The notes beneath the pieces were generated by a model. It ran no database searches. It was not told the DNA's origin and worked only from the letters and a program-made list of their open reading frames with translations. A stretch of 64,000 nt of DNA from Bacteroidaceae bacterium (GTDB lineage Bacteria > Bacteroidota > Bacteroidia > Bacteroidales > Bacteroidaceae), in NCBI GenBank assembly GCA_017651245.1, contig JAGCDQ010000024.1:15516-79515 (forward strand), read 5' to 3'. Positions within the stretch are counted from its first letter, which is position 1. Each line of letters starts with the position of its first letter. Shown in pieces: positions 16,014 through 24,880 of the stretch. Made by a program: the position numbers and the translations under genes.

Positions 16014-17966
16014 ATGAATACACAAATAAGTCTTACAGAGGCATTAAGTCAGAGCGGGCTTGAATCTATAGATTATGTCATATTGTTTACATACCTTATC
16101 ATGCTGGTCAGCCTGGGCGTGTTTCTCAGTTTTAACCGAGAGACAAAAAACACCACTGACTACTTCTTGGCGGGCAATACGTTGACTTGGTGGGCCGTGG
16201 GTGCATCACTCATTTGCGCCAATATCTCTGCCGAGCAGTTCATTGGTATGGCAGGTACAGCATATGCTGATGGTATCGCCATTGCTGCCTACGAGATCAT
16301 GGCCGCCATCGCCCTCATCCTCGTCGGCAAATTCTTTATACCCATTATGATGGAGCAACGCATCTTCACCATGCCCCAGTTCCTACGCAAACGCTATTCG
16401 AACGGGGTGGGTCTCGCTTTCTCCATCTTGTGGCTGTTCCTCTACATCTTCATCAATCTAACCACTGTTGCATGGCTTGGTGCACTCGCCATCGAGCAGA
16501 TTCTGGGATTTCAGGGGATGGCTTTCCAGTTATTTGGCATCACCATCTCTGCACGAATCGCCATCATCTTCGCTCTATTCGCCATTGCCGGTCTCTATTC
16601 TGTTCACGGTGGAATGACCTCCGTAGCCTGGACGGACGTGATGCAGGTGACCTTCATCGTTGGCGGTGGTCTGGCCACTGCTTACTACGCCTTAATAGCT
16701 GTAGGAGGAGATGATGGAGGCCTTTCCGCAGGTCTTGAAAAACTGAGTAATTTTGCTATTGACCGTGAATATGCTAAAGATGCTCACTTCCACCTCATCA
16801 TTCAGCAAAGCCGTGACATAGGAGCATTTAACAACGTGCCTGGTATCGCAGCCATTGTGGGTGGTCTTTGGCTCACCAACCTTGCTTATTGGGGATTCAA
16901 TCAGTACATCACCCAGAAGGGACTGGCTGCATACAGCACTCATGAGGCACAGAAAGGATTCCTTTTTGCTGGTCTCTTGAAATGCATCATTCCTTTTATC
17001 GTTCTCATCCCCGGACTTTGTGCTTTTTACATCACACAATATGGCGATCCCAATCTGCAAGACGCTGTAAAGGTGTCAGACGAAGCCTATCCATGGTTCA
17101 TCAAGAACTTTATCCCGACAGGCATCAAAGGATTATCTTTTGTGGCACTTGCTGCAGCCGTCATTTCCTCGTTAGGTTCCATGCTCAATAGTACAGCCAC
17201 CATCTTCACCATTGACATCTACAGGAAGTACATTAATCCAGAGGCCGATGACAAAAAACTAGTATCTATTGGACGAGGTTCGGCTATCTTTGCACTTTTC
17301 ATTGCACTCATTGCCGCAGCCCCACTCCTTGGTGAGCTTGATCAGGCATTCCAATACATCCAAGAGTATTCTGGTTTCCTTTATCCTGGTATCATCATCG
17401 TGTTCGGACTCGGATTGCTATGGAAACGAGCATCAGGAACGGCTGCCATTTGGATTACGATTCTCACTATCCCGCTAGGCATTATCTTCAAATTGTTTTT
17501 CCCTCAGGTTGCCTTTCAGTTCCGTGCAGGATATGTCTTTATGATTTTGCTCATTCTTTTCATCGTCATCTCTATCAACAGCAGGAAAGCTGAACCAAGT
17601 CAAAGCATGAATAAACTGGGACGACAATTGCTGAAAAGGTGGGGATACATCTTGAGCGGCATTGCCATTGCGTCGATCATTGCAGCAGCCATCGTTACCT
17701 TTGGCAATCTCCTGCTACCACCAGAAGCCACACCAGAGAACAATGTCATTGCATATCTCCACGACATTGGTTTCCAAGCATTTTATTTCTTCGGATTCTT
17801 GACTGGGGCATGCGCCATCGCAACTTTATCCAATGCGTACAGCCCTGCACAAGACCCCAAGGCGCTCCCCATCAACCTTACGCTTTTCTCCACTACACGA
17901 GGGTACACCTACGGATCTATCGGTATATGCGTCATTGCCCTTATCCTTTATGTTCTGCTTTGGTAA
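16014..17966 (+). CDS. Sodium:solute symporter family (SSF/SGLT-like) transporter with extra C-terminal TM segments
   Basis: 650 aa and highly hydrophobic. SSF-like N-terminal region (DYFLAGNTLTWWAVGASLICANISAEQFIGMAG). Confidence 0.8.
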   Translation: MNTQISLTEALSQSGLESIDYVILFTYLIMLVSLGVFLSFNRETKNTTDYFLAGNTLTWWAVGASLICANISAEQFIGMAGTAYADGIAIAAYEIMAAIALILVGKFFIPIMMEQRIFTMPQFLRKRYSNGVGLAFSILWLFLYIFINLTTVAWLGALAIEQILGFQGMAFQLFGITISARIAIIFALFAIAGLYSVHGGMTSVAWTDVMQVTFIVGGGLATAYYALIAVGGDDGGLSAGLEKLSNFAIDREYAKDAHFHLIIQQSRDIGAFNNVPGIAAIVGGLWLTNLAYWGFNQYITQKGLAAYSTHEAQKGFLFAGLLKCIIPFIVLIPGLCAFYITQYGDPNLQDAVKVSDEAYPWFIKNFIPTGIKGLSFVALAAAVISSLGSMLNSTATIFTIDIYRKYINPEADDKKLVSIGRGSAIFALFIALIAAAPLLGELDQAFQYIQEYSGFLYPGIIIVFGLGLLWKRASGTAAIWITILTIPLGIIFKLFFPQVAFQFRAGYVFMILLILFIVISINSRKAEPSQSMNKLGRQLLKRWGYILSGIAIASIIAAAIVTFGNLLLPPEATPENNVIAYLHDIGFQAFYFFGFLTGACAIATLSNAYSPAQDPKALPINLTLFSTTRGYTYGSIGICVIALILYVLLW

Positions 17967-17999
17967 ATCATCATAAATAGTAGTTAAATAGATAAAGCA

Positions 18000-18029
18000 G
18001 GGGGATGAAACTTTTGAGTTTCACCCCCC
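18000..18029. terminator. Hairpin between the convergent symporter and MaoC genes (bidirectional terminator candidate)
   Basis: GGGGGATGAAAC-TTTTGA-GTTTCACCCCC with one bulged A. Confidence 0.45.
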
Positions 18030-18082
18030 TTATTAACATCCCCTACAGTTATATTCCTTATTAAAATATAATGTGCTAAAAA

Positions 18083-18547
18083 TTATTCGAAGTAGTACAG
18101 GAATGTCGCCAAACCTTCGAGAGCCTGCTTCTTCTGATTTTCAATTTCAAGTTTGAACTTGATTTGCGCCTTACAGATGCCACGAATATTAGAGATTTCG
18201 TGCAAAGAAGCCGTAAGACGTACCCGCTGCCCAGAAAGGACAGGCTGTCCGAATCTCATTTGATCCATTCCATAGTTAACCAGCATCTTCACATTGTTCA
18301 CCTGAATCAACTCCTGCCAAAGGTGTGGCAACAAAGAAAGGGTCAGGTAGCCATGAGCGATTGTCGATTTATAAGGACTCTCCACCTTGGCACGTTCAGG
18401 ATCTACATGTATCCACTGGTGGTCGATGGTGGCATCAGCAAAAAGGTTAATGCGTTCCTGAGACACTTCGAGCCAGTCACTCGTACCAATCACTTCACCA
18501 AGATGTGAGGCGAATTCATCGTATGAATTTACAATCAACTTTCCCAT
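18083..18547 (-). CDS. MaoC-like (R)-specific enoyl-CoA hydratase / dehydratase (hotdog fold)
   Basis: 154 aa. DHQWIHVDPERAK...TIAHGYLTLSLL matches the MaoC dehydratase motif region. Confidence 0.75.
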   Translation of the reverse strand: MGKLIVNSYDEFASHLGEVIGTSDWLEVSQERINLFADATIDHQWIHVDPERAKVESPYKSTIAHGYLTLSLLPHLWQELIQVNNVKMLVNYGMDQMRFGQPVLSGQRVRLTASLHEISNIRGICKAQIKFKLEIENQKKQALEGLATFLYYFE

Positions 18548-18575
18548 AGTTATGCCTTGTGTTGAAATTTGACTG

Positions 18576-18583
18576 CAAAGGTA
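18576..18583 (-). promoter_or_regulatory. -7 promoter box (TACCTTTG) for the MaoC dehydratase gene
   Basis: The reverse complement of gcaaaggta is TACCTTTGC, 29 nt upstream of ATG 18547. Confidence 0.55.
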
Positions 18584-18666
18584 AACAAAAAATGATGAAT
18601 AAAGCAGGCTGATCCTCCATTTTCATACGTTTGGAACAAAAATATTTATTTTTCCTACATAAAGGA

Positions 18667-18700
18667 CAAAAAGAGAGAACTGCAATAAGCAATTCTCTCT
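18667..18700 (-). terminator. Intrinsic terminator of rplS
   Basis: On the minus strand, the AGAGAGAA...TTCTCTCT stem (8 bp plus an inner TGC/GCA) is followed by TTTTT. It lies 26 nt after the rplS stop. Confidence 0.6.
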
Positions 18701-18725
18701 ATCTCCCGTAAGGTTCTGGAAAAGA

Positions 18726-19103
18726 TTAATCCTCCTTCTTTTTGCCAGAGAGCTTTTCCTTGATACGAGCCTTCTTACCTGTAAGCTTGCGCAGATAGTA
18801 GAGCTTAGCACGACGCACCTTACCTACCTTGTTCACCTCGATAGAATCGATGTTAGGTGAATTGAGTGGGAAAATACGCTCCACACCAACGGTGCCAGAC
18901 ATCTTGCGAACTGTGAAACGCTTCTTCTCCTCGTGACCTGCAATCTTGATGACCACACCACGATAGAGCTGGATACGCTCCTTTGAACCCTCGATAATCT
19001 TGTAAGCTACTGTTACAGTGTCACCAGCCTTGAACTCTGGAAACTGCTTTGACTCAGAAGCCTTCATTGCTTCTTCAGCCACTTTAATTAAATTCACTGC
19101 CAT
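18726..19103 (-). CDS. rplS: 50S ribosomal protein L19
   Basis: [34 protein letters not shown]...[25 protein letters not shown] is the L19 core. A Lys-rich C-terminal tail is present. Confidence 0.92.
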   Translation of the reverse strand: MAVNLIKVAEEAMKASESKQFPEFKAGDTVTVAYKIIEGSKERIQLYRGVVIKIAGHEEKKRFTVRKMSGTVGVERIFPLNSPNIDSIEVNKVGKVRRAKLYYLRKLTGKKARIKEKLSGKKKED

Positions 19104-19228
19104 TTTGGTTGTTTGTTGATAATTAAAGAGTTACAGCGAAGCATTCTCCTTTTCAGAATCGTGAAACTTGTTGTCTCTAACCCTTGGGCTCTCTCCCTAT
19201 CAGACAGCGGCTTCGCCAAAAACGGTTG

Positions 19229-19236
19229 CAAAGGTA
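19229..19236 (-). promoter_or_regulatory. -7 promoter box (TACCTTTG) for rplS, implying a ~120-nt 5' UTR
   Basis: The reverse complement of tgcaaaggta is TACCTTTGCA. The rplS ATG is at 19103. Confidence 0.55.
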
Positions 19237-19282
19237 CGAAAAAGTTTAGAGTTGGGGATGAAAAATGATGAGTTTTTTAAAG

Positions 19283-19327
19283 AAAAAGGGCGAAAAAGTG
19301 ACACGAAGCCTCTTTTTCGCCCTTTTT
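19283..19327. terminator. Perfect 16-bp hairpin terminator after the GH97 gene
   Basis: AAAAAGGGCGAAAAAG-N13-CTTTTTCGCCCTTTTT, with A/T runs on both sides so it could act in either direction. Confidence 0.75.
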
Positions 19328-19339
19328 GTTCAAGAAATA

Positions 19340-21277
19340 TTAATTATTGACGATCACAAGACCACCATTCTTGGGGATGGTGACAGTGGTTTGCTTCTTT
19401 GCCTTGATGGTGCTGACACTACCATTCAGTTCTGCATCGTCGCTATACACCTGCAGTTCTGCGTTCTTGTCGTACATCGGCAGGGCGATGGTCTTCTTCA
19501 AGGTTTCATCCTGTGCATTGACGCCGACCACGAACCATTTGTTGCCTGTGCGACGAGCAATGATGGCATACTTGCCTGGATAGCCGTCGATAAACTTCAC
19601 CTCGTCCCATGTGGTGGGCACACTCTTCATGAAGTCAATAGCCCAAGCTGGGGCATCAGTGAGGTTGTTAGGTGCCAATGCAAAGTGCTGAACAGCACTC
19701 TGGAAGAGCACAGCCGTAGCGAGAGCATAAACATCAGAAGTGACACGATGAGTGCCTCGCTTGTTGTCGGCATTGTAGTACTTGTTGAGGGTGGAACCAC
19801 CAAAATCCATTGAACCCACTGTGTTGCGAATGAAAGTGTGGAGGGTGGCGTTGTGTGCCTCAGCATCGCAAGAACCCTGTCCGAAGTGCAGGTTCTCAGA
19901 AGCCAAGACGGCCTCACTGGCTGCATAGTTAGGATACATCTTCTCCCAACCACGTGGAAGGGTACAACCATGGAAAATCACGAGGATGCCAAAGTCGTTG
20001 GCATCAGAAAGGATGTCTTCGTAGAGCTGCATCATGTTCTGCTTGTCGCCACCAAAGAAATCGACTTTGATACCACGAATGCCGATACTCTTCATCCAAG
20101 CCATCTCAGCACGACGTTCACGACTCTTGTCCATCTTACCAATAGGCGATTGAGGCGCATCGTTCCAGGTACCATTAGAGTTGTACCACAAGAACAGGCT
20201 CACGCCCTTACTCTTGCCATAGGCAGCCAATTCTGCCATCTTCTCATAACCAATCTGCTTGTCCCATAGGGCATCAACGAGTACGGTCTGGTAACCCATC
20301 GCTGCAGAGAAATCAATGTAACGCTTCTGCTCATCGAAGTTACAGCTGGCATCCATACCGATAATCCAACTCCAAGAACCTTTACCATAGATGTATTCCT
20401 GAGATGCTTTATATTTCTGTTCTACGAGGTCGAAAGGAACGGTGGTCTCCACGATGGGAGCGAGTGTGGAACCCAAGGTAATAGTGCGCCAAGGAGTCTC
20501 ACAAGGGAGTGCCACAGAGGCAGAAGTAGAACCCCAGCCGTTGCATTCACCTGCTTGTGGGAAACCAATCTTATAGAGTCCACCATTCACATTGAGGAGT
20601 CGACTCGCCACATAGCTACCATCAACACCTGTCTCACTAATGAGCACCCAACCCTTGTCACCCAAGTGGAAAAGACATGGGAAGGAGTAACCTTCACCCC
20701 AACCATTCTTGCCCATCTGGTCATCGTCGGTATAGGATGTCTCGTAGCTAGGAGAAGTACGTGCAAAGCCCCCCATTGGACGTGACTGAGGACACATGAA
20801 CGTGGTCGTTCCCTCTGGCAACTGGAAGCCACTTGCCTCACTCTCCACGATACACACTTTGGTATCGCGCTGAGGTAAAATACGATAGCGATATGCCACA
20901 TCACGGTTGCTTACACGGAAGATGATATCCAGCACTTTCTTGCCCTTCTGTTCAAAACTGCACACAGCCTCTGTGGCTTCGTAGTCCACATGACTCTGCT
21001 TGATGTTGCGAAGCTGATACTGCTGCTTCACTTCCTTCACTTCACATCCTGCCAAAGTCAAATCCTGCGTGTAATCAGCCATATTGGTCTTCACACCCAG
21101 CGGAGAACGTCCGATGAACTCGGTTGCGCCCAATGTGACACGATAAGTGGCAGCACCATTCTGGTCATCCACGACTACTGTCAGTTTACCATCAGGACTT
21201 GTAAAAGACTTCTCTGTCGCCCAGGCAGACGACCACACGCTTGCCAACGCAAGCATTCCTAAAATCATTTTCTTCAT
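19340..21277 (-). CDS. Glycoside hydrolase family 97 (SusB-like alpha-glucosidase/alpha-galactosidase)
   Basis: 645 aa with a signal peptide. Motifs recalled for GH97 are present (GIRGIKVDFFGGDKQ, VIFHGCTLPRGWEKMYPN, SMDFGG). Confidence 0.8.
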   Translation of the reverse strand: MKKMILGMLALASVWSSAWATEKSFTSPDGKLTVVVDDQNGAATYRVTLGATEFIGRSPLGVKTNMADYTQDLTLAGCEVKEVKQQYQLRNIKQSHVDYEATEAVCSFEQKGKKVLDIIFRVSNRDVAYRYRILPQRDTKVCIVESEASGFQLPEGTTTFMCPQSRPMGGFARTSPSYETSYTDDDQMGKNGWGEGYSFPCLFHLGDKGWVLISETGVDGSYVASRLLNVNGGLYKIGFPQAGECNGWGSTSASVALPCETPWRTITLGSTLAPIVETTVPFDLVEQKYKASQEYIYGKGSWSWIIGMDASCNFDEQKRYIDFSAAMGYQTVLVDALWDKQIGYEKMAELAAYGKSKGVSLFLWYNSNGTWNDAPQSPIGKMDKSRERRAEMAWMKSIGIRGIKVDFFGGDKQNMMQLYEDILSDANDFGILVIFHGCTLPRGWEKMYPNYAASEAVLASENLHFGQGSCDAEAHNATLHTFIRNTVGSMDFGGSTLNKYYNADNKRGTHRVTSDVYALATAVLFQSAVQHFALAPNNLTDAPAWAIDFMKSVPTTWDEVKFIDGYPGKYAIIARRTGNKWFVVGVNAQDETLKKTIALPMYDKNAELQVYSDDAELNGSVSTIKAKKQTTVTIPKNGGLVIVNN

Positions 21278-21319
21278 GTTGATTTGGTATATAATTAGTT
21301 TTATTTATGTTCGAGGGTA

Positions 21320-21327
21320 CAAAGGTA
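21320..21327 (-). promoter_or_regulatory. -7 promoter box (TACCTTTG) for the GH97 gene
   Basis: The reverse complement of caaaggta, 43 nt upstream of ATG 21277. Confidence 0.5.
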
Positions 21328-21477
21328 AGCATTATTGACGAAACAAATTGGCTCGATTGTTACACATTCTTTCGTATATGTTACAACAACGCACAAAATC
21401 TGCCCTATAACGCTGAAATTGATACATCCTCAAACAAAAATGATACGGAGGAACAAATAACAATCCCATTTTTTCCC

Positions 21478-21485
21478 TAACTTTG
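21478..21485 (+). promoter_or_regulatory. -7 promoter box (TAACTTTG) for uxuA
   Basis: TAACTTTGCA lies 70 nt upstream of ATG 21555. Confidence 0.5.
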
Positions 21486-21554
21486 CACCTGCACCAGCCC
21501 ACGCGCTGGGCAATCTTTTCTAAACGATAAATAATAAACTCTAAACTAAATCAT

Positions 21555-22808
21555 ATGGAAAGAACATGGCGTTGGTTCGGCAAGAAGGATAAGATCACCC
21601 TTGCCCAACTGAAACAAATTGGTGTGGAGGGCATTGTGACCGCCCTGCACGACGTGCCTCTTGGCGAGGTGTGGACGCGTGAGAAAATTCACGACCTGAA
21701 GACATACATCGAGAGTTATGGTATGCGCTGGAGCGTGGTGGAGAGTCTGCCTGTGGTGGAGACCATCAAGTATGGCGGTCCTGATCGTGACCACCAAATT
21801 GAGGTGTACAAAGAGAGCCTGAGAAACCTCTCGGCTGAGGGCATCCACTGCATCTGCTACAACTTCATGCCTGTGCTCGACTGGGCACGCACCGACCTCC
21901 TACACGTGAACCCCAACGGTTCCACCAACCTCTACTTCAACTATGCAGAATTTGCTTATTTCGATATTTACATCCTGAAGCGTGAAGGTGCGCGTGAGGA
22001 ATGGGCGAAGTTTGAGTTCCCTGCTGGGGTGGGTGCTGGTCGTAACGTATTGGCGGAATGCGACGAATTGGCTAAGACGATGACACCTGAGAAAGACCAC
22101 AAATTGGTGGAGACCATCATCATCAAAACCCAAGGCTTCGTGTCAGGCAATTTCAGTGAGAACGACGAAGCACCTATCCAGAAGTTCCGTGACTTCCTTG
22201 CCCTCTACAAGGGTATCGACAAGGCACAGCTTCGTGCTAACATGAAGTACTTCCTCGAGGCGATCATGCCAACTTGTGAGGAATATGGCATGAACATGTG
22301 TGTGCATCCTGACGACCCACCTATCGAGGTACTTGGCTTGCCACGCATCGTGCGCACAGAAGAGGACATCGAGTGGTTCCTTAACGCTGTGCCCAACAAG
22401 CACAACGGACTCACGTTCTGTGCTGGTTCTCTCTCTGCTGGTGCTTACAACAATGTGGTGGAAATGGCAAAGAAGTTCGCTTCACGCACGCACTTCGTTC
22501 ATCTGCGCTCATGCCACATCTTCCCCAATGGCGACTTTACAGAGGCTTCTCACCTGGGTGGCCGTGCTGACCTCATCGAGCTTTGCCGCATCTTTGAGAA
22601 GGAGAACCCACAACTGCCCATGCGTGTAGATCATGGCATGACCTTTACGGACGAGCCTGGTGGTATCATGGACGAGAGCAATCATGGCCACAATTCTGGC
22701 TACACACTCCTCGGACGTATGTTCGCTATGGGACAAGTGCAGGGCATCCTCGCCACTGTGGACAGAGAGTTAGGAATTGAATACAAACAACCTGGATTCT
22801 TTGACTAA
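21555..22808 (+). CDS. uxuA: Mannonate dehydratase
   Basis: MERTWRWFGKKDKITLAQLKQIGVEGIVTALHD and HFVHLRS are typical UxuA segments. A mannitol-dehydrogenase-family reductase follows. Confidence 0.88.
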   Translation: MERTWRWFGKKDKITLAQLKQIGVEGIVTALHDVPLGEVWTREKIHDLKTYIESYGMRWSVVESLPVVETIKYGGPDRDHQIEVYKESLRNLSAEGIHCICYNFMPVLDWARTDLLHVNPNGSTNLYFNYAEFAYFDIYILKREGAREEWAKFEFPAGVGAGRNVLAECDELAKTMTPEKDHKLVETIIIKTQGFVSGNFSENDEAPIQKFRDFLALYKGIDKAQLRANMKYFLEAIMPTCEEYGMNMCVHPDDPPIEVLGLPRIVRTEEDIEWFLNAVPNKHNGLTFCAGSLSAGAYNNVVEMAKKFASRTHFVHLRSCHIFPNGDFTEASHLGGRADLIELCRIFEKENPQLPMRVDHGMTFTDEPGGIMDESNHGHNSGYTLLGRMFAMGQVQGILATVDRELGIEYKQPGFFD

Positions 22809-22820
22809 ACAGAATTAAAA

Positions 22821-22896
22821 AATTGAAGGATTGAAAAATTGAAGTTTTGCCGGATGGTCACTTCAATTCTTCAATTCTTCAACTCTTCAATTTTAT
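22821..22896 (+). terminator. Long imperfect hairpin built from octamer repeats, followed by TTTT, between uxuA and uxuB
   Basis: The 5' arm AATTGAAGGATTGAAAAATTGAAG pairs with the 3' arm CTTCAATTCTTCAATTCTTCAACTCTTCAATT across the loop TTTTGCCGGATGGTCA. The uxuB ATG lies 9 nt after the arm. Confidence 0.5.
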
Positions 22897-22900
22897 AATT

Positions 22901-24487
22901 ATGAAACTGAATGATATTTTTTGCGGCAATTGCAATGCCGCTGAATGGGAACAGAAGGGTTATGAGCTGCCCAAGTTCGACATTAAGGCTGTACGCGAGA
23001 AGACAGCGAAGGAACCTACATGGGTACACTTTGGTGGAGGTAACATCTTCCGTGCCTTCCCTGCCGCTATCCTCAACGATGCCCTTAACACGGGCAAGTA
23101 TGACCGAGGTGTGATTGTGGCTGAGACTTTCGATTTTGAGGTGATTGACAAAGCATATGCACCTTACAACAATCTTTCCCTTTGCGTGAACCTCTGCTCT
23201 GACGGTTCCATTGAGAAGAAGGTGATTGCCTCTGTGACTGAAGCACTGAAGGCTGATTACCAGTTTGCTGACTGGCAGAGACTCGTGGAGATTTTCCGAA
23301 ACCCATCACTCCAGATGATTTCCTTCACCATCACAGAGAAGGGCTACACTTACAACGATGCTGACCTCGCAAGAGGACTCACTCCTGTCTTTGCAATGGG
23401 TAAGGTGTGTGCCTTGCTGCTTGAACGCTTCAATGCAGGACAGCTGCCTCTGACGGTTCAGAGTATGGACAACTGCTCACACAATGGTGACAAGGTAAAG
23501 GCTGGTGTCTTCGCTTATGCCGAGAAGTGGGTAGCTGACGGTCTTGTGCCTGCCGCCTTCCTCGACTACCTGAAAGACGAGAAGAAGGTGACCTTCCCTT
23601 GGTCAATGATTGACAAGATCACACCTCGTCCTCACGAGAAGGTGAAGGAGATGCTGGCGGCTGATGGCTTCGAGGATAATGACTACATCGAGACAGAGAA
23701 GCACACATTCACAGCACCTTTCGTGAACGCAGAGGAAGTGCAGTATCTCGTCATCGAGGACAACTACACGAACGGTCGTCCCCCACTCGACTTGGGTGGT
23801 GCGCTCTACACAACTCGTGAGACAGTGGACAAGGTGGAGACCATGAAGGTGACCACTTGTCTGAACCCACTCCACACAGCAATGTCCATCTATGGCTGCA
23901 TGCTGGGTTACACGCTGATTTCTGCTGAAATGGCTGACGAAGACCTGCGTCCATTCATCCAAAAGATTGGTTACATGGAGGCAATGCCTGTGGTGACTGA
24001 TCCAGGCGTACTGAACCCTTATGAGTTCATTGGTGCCGTCATCAACCGCCGTCTGCCCAACCCATTCATGCCAGACGCTCCTCAGCGTATCGCGATGGAC
24101 ACCAGCCAGAAGCTGCCTATCCGCTTTGGCGAGACTATCAAGAAATACCTGGCTCGTGGACTTGACAAGTCGAACCTCGTACTGATCCCACTCACCTTGG
24201 CTGGTTATGCCCGTTACCTCAAGGGCATCAAGGATGACGGCACTCCTTTCGAGCCATCCCCCGACCCAATGCTGGCTGAGTTGCAAGCCATCGTGGCTCC
24301 CCTCGAGGTAGGCAAGGCTGAGCAGGACTACAGCTGTTTGAAGCAGCTTTACAGCCGTGCTGATGTCTTTGGCGTGAACCTCTACGACGCAGGTCTTGGC
24401 GAACAGATTGAGGGTATGGTCAAGGAACTCTACGCAGACAAGGGTGCTGTGCGTGCAACCCTCCACAAATACGTGGCTGCAAGATAA
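22901..24487 (+). CDS. uxuB: Mannitol dehydrogenase family oxidoreductase (fructuronate reductase / D-mannonate oxidoreductase)
   Basis: Start at MKLNDIF (ATG 22901). WVHFGGGNIFRAF Rossmann N-terminus and DKITPRP motif. The 22847 start would lie inside the loop of an intergenic hairpin. Confidence 0.8.
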   Translation: MKLNDIFCGNCNAAEWEQKGYELPKFDIKAVREKTAKEPTWVHFGGGNIFRAFPAAILNDALNTGKYDRGVIVAETFDFEVIDKAYAPYNNLSLCVNLCSDGSIEKKVIASVTEALKADYQFADWQRLVEIFRNPSLQMISFTITEKGYTYNDADLARGLTPVFAMGKVCALLLERFNAGQLPLTVQSMDNCSHNGDKVKAGVFAYAEKWVADGLVPAAFLDYLKDEKKVTFPWSMIDKITPRPHEKVKEMLAADGFEDNDYIETEKHTFTAPFVNAEEVQYLVIEDNYTNGRPPLDLGGALYTTRETVDKVETMKVTTCLNPLHTAMSIYGCMLGYTLISAEMADEDLRPFIQKIGYMEAMPVVTDPGVLNPYEFIGAVINRRLPNPFMPDAPQRIAMDTSQKLPIRFGETIKKYLARGLDKSNLVLIPLTLAGYARYLKGIKDDGTPFEPSPDPMLAELQAIVAPLEVGKAEQDYSCLKQLYSRADVFGVNLYDAGLGEQIEGMVKELYADKGAVRATLHKYVAAR

Positions 24488-24633
24488 ATCAGCCATACAT
24501 AAACATAAGAAGAGGGTGTGTCCAACGTACGATTAAGTGTGGACAATACAAAAAGGAAAGGAGTCTATGCAAAAGCATCGGCTCCCTTTCTCTTTATAGT
24601 GGTCTCTCCTATGGGAGAGTCCTGTTGCAAACG

Positions 24634-24843
24634 TTATTGGGGAAAATTCAAACTGCCAAGACCGAAACCGATGTCAAAGCCGAAGTTGAGGTCTTCTTCT
24701 TCGAAATCGAATTCCTTGCTCAGGACAGGATTGGTTGGACCAACCACGGGACCTTCCTCATATGTGAGAGGTGAATTGCAAATCAAGCCTTCCACCTCCA
24801 TATCGAAGCTTTCCATTTTAGGCTTTATATATGCTTTTTGCAT
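24634..24843 (-). CDS. Small acidic hypothetical protein (69 aa), possibly the last gene of the surface-protein operon
   Basis: The ORF starts 37 nt downstream of the 1671-aa gene stop on the same strand. Sequence: MQKAYIKPKMESFDMEVEGLICNS...FDFEEEDLNFGFDIGFGLGSLNFPQ. No family recognised, so coding status is unproven. Confidence 0.3.
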   Translation of the reverse strand: MQKAYIKPKMESFDMEVEGLICNSPLTYEEGPVVGPTNPVLSKEFDFEEEDLNFGFDIGFGLGSLNFPQ

Positions 24844-24880
24844 ATGATAGATAGTTTTAAATCGTTTAACCTTTTTTTGT

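Noticed and set aside
22847-22900. Upstream start (22847) for uxuB, and likewise 3505 for mutY, 4617 for the lipoprotein, 10020 for iorB and 38653 for rpsT.
   Set aside because: The extensions overlap hairpins, promoter boxes or the preceding gene and add non-conserved residues. The conserved N-termini begin at the internal ATGs used in the feature list.
24518-24847. 109-aa plus-strand ORF between uxuB and the adhesin genes.
   Set aside because: It runs through the uxuB terminator hairpin and is antisense to the better-behaved 69-aa ORF. The translation is basic and Ser-rich low complexity.
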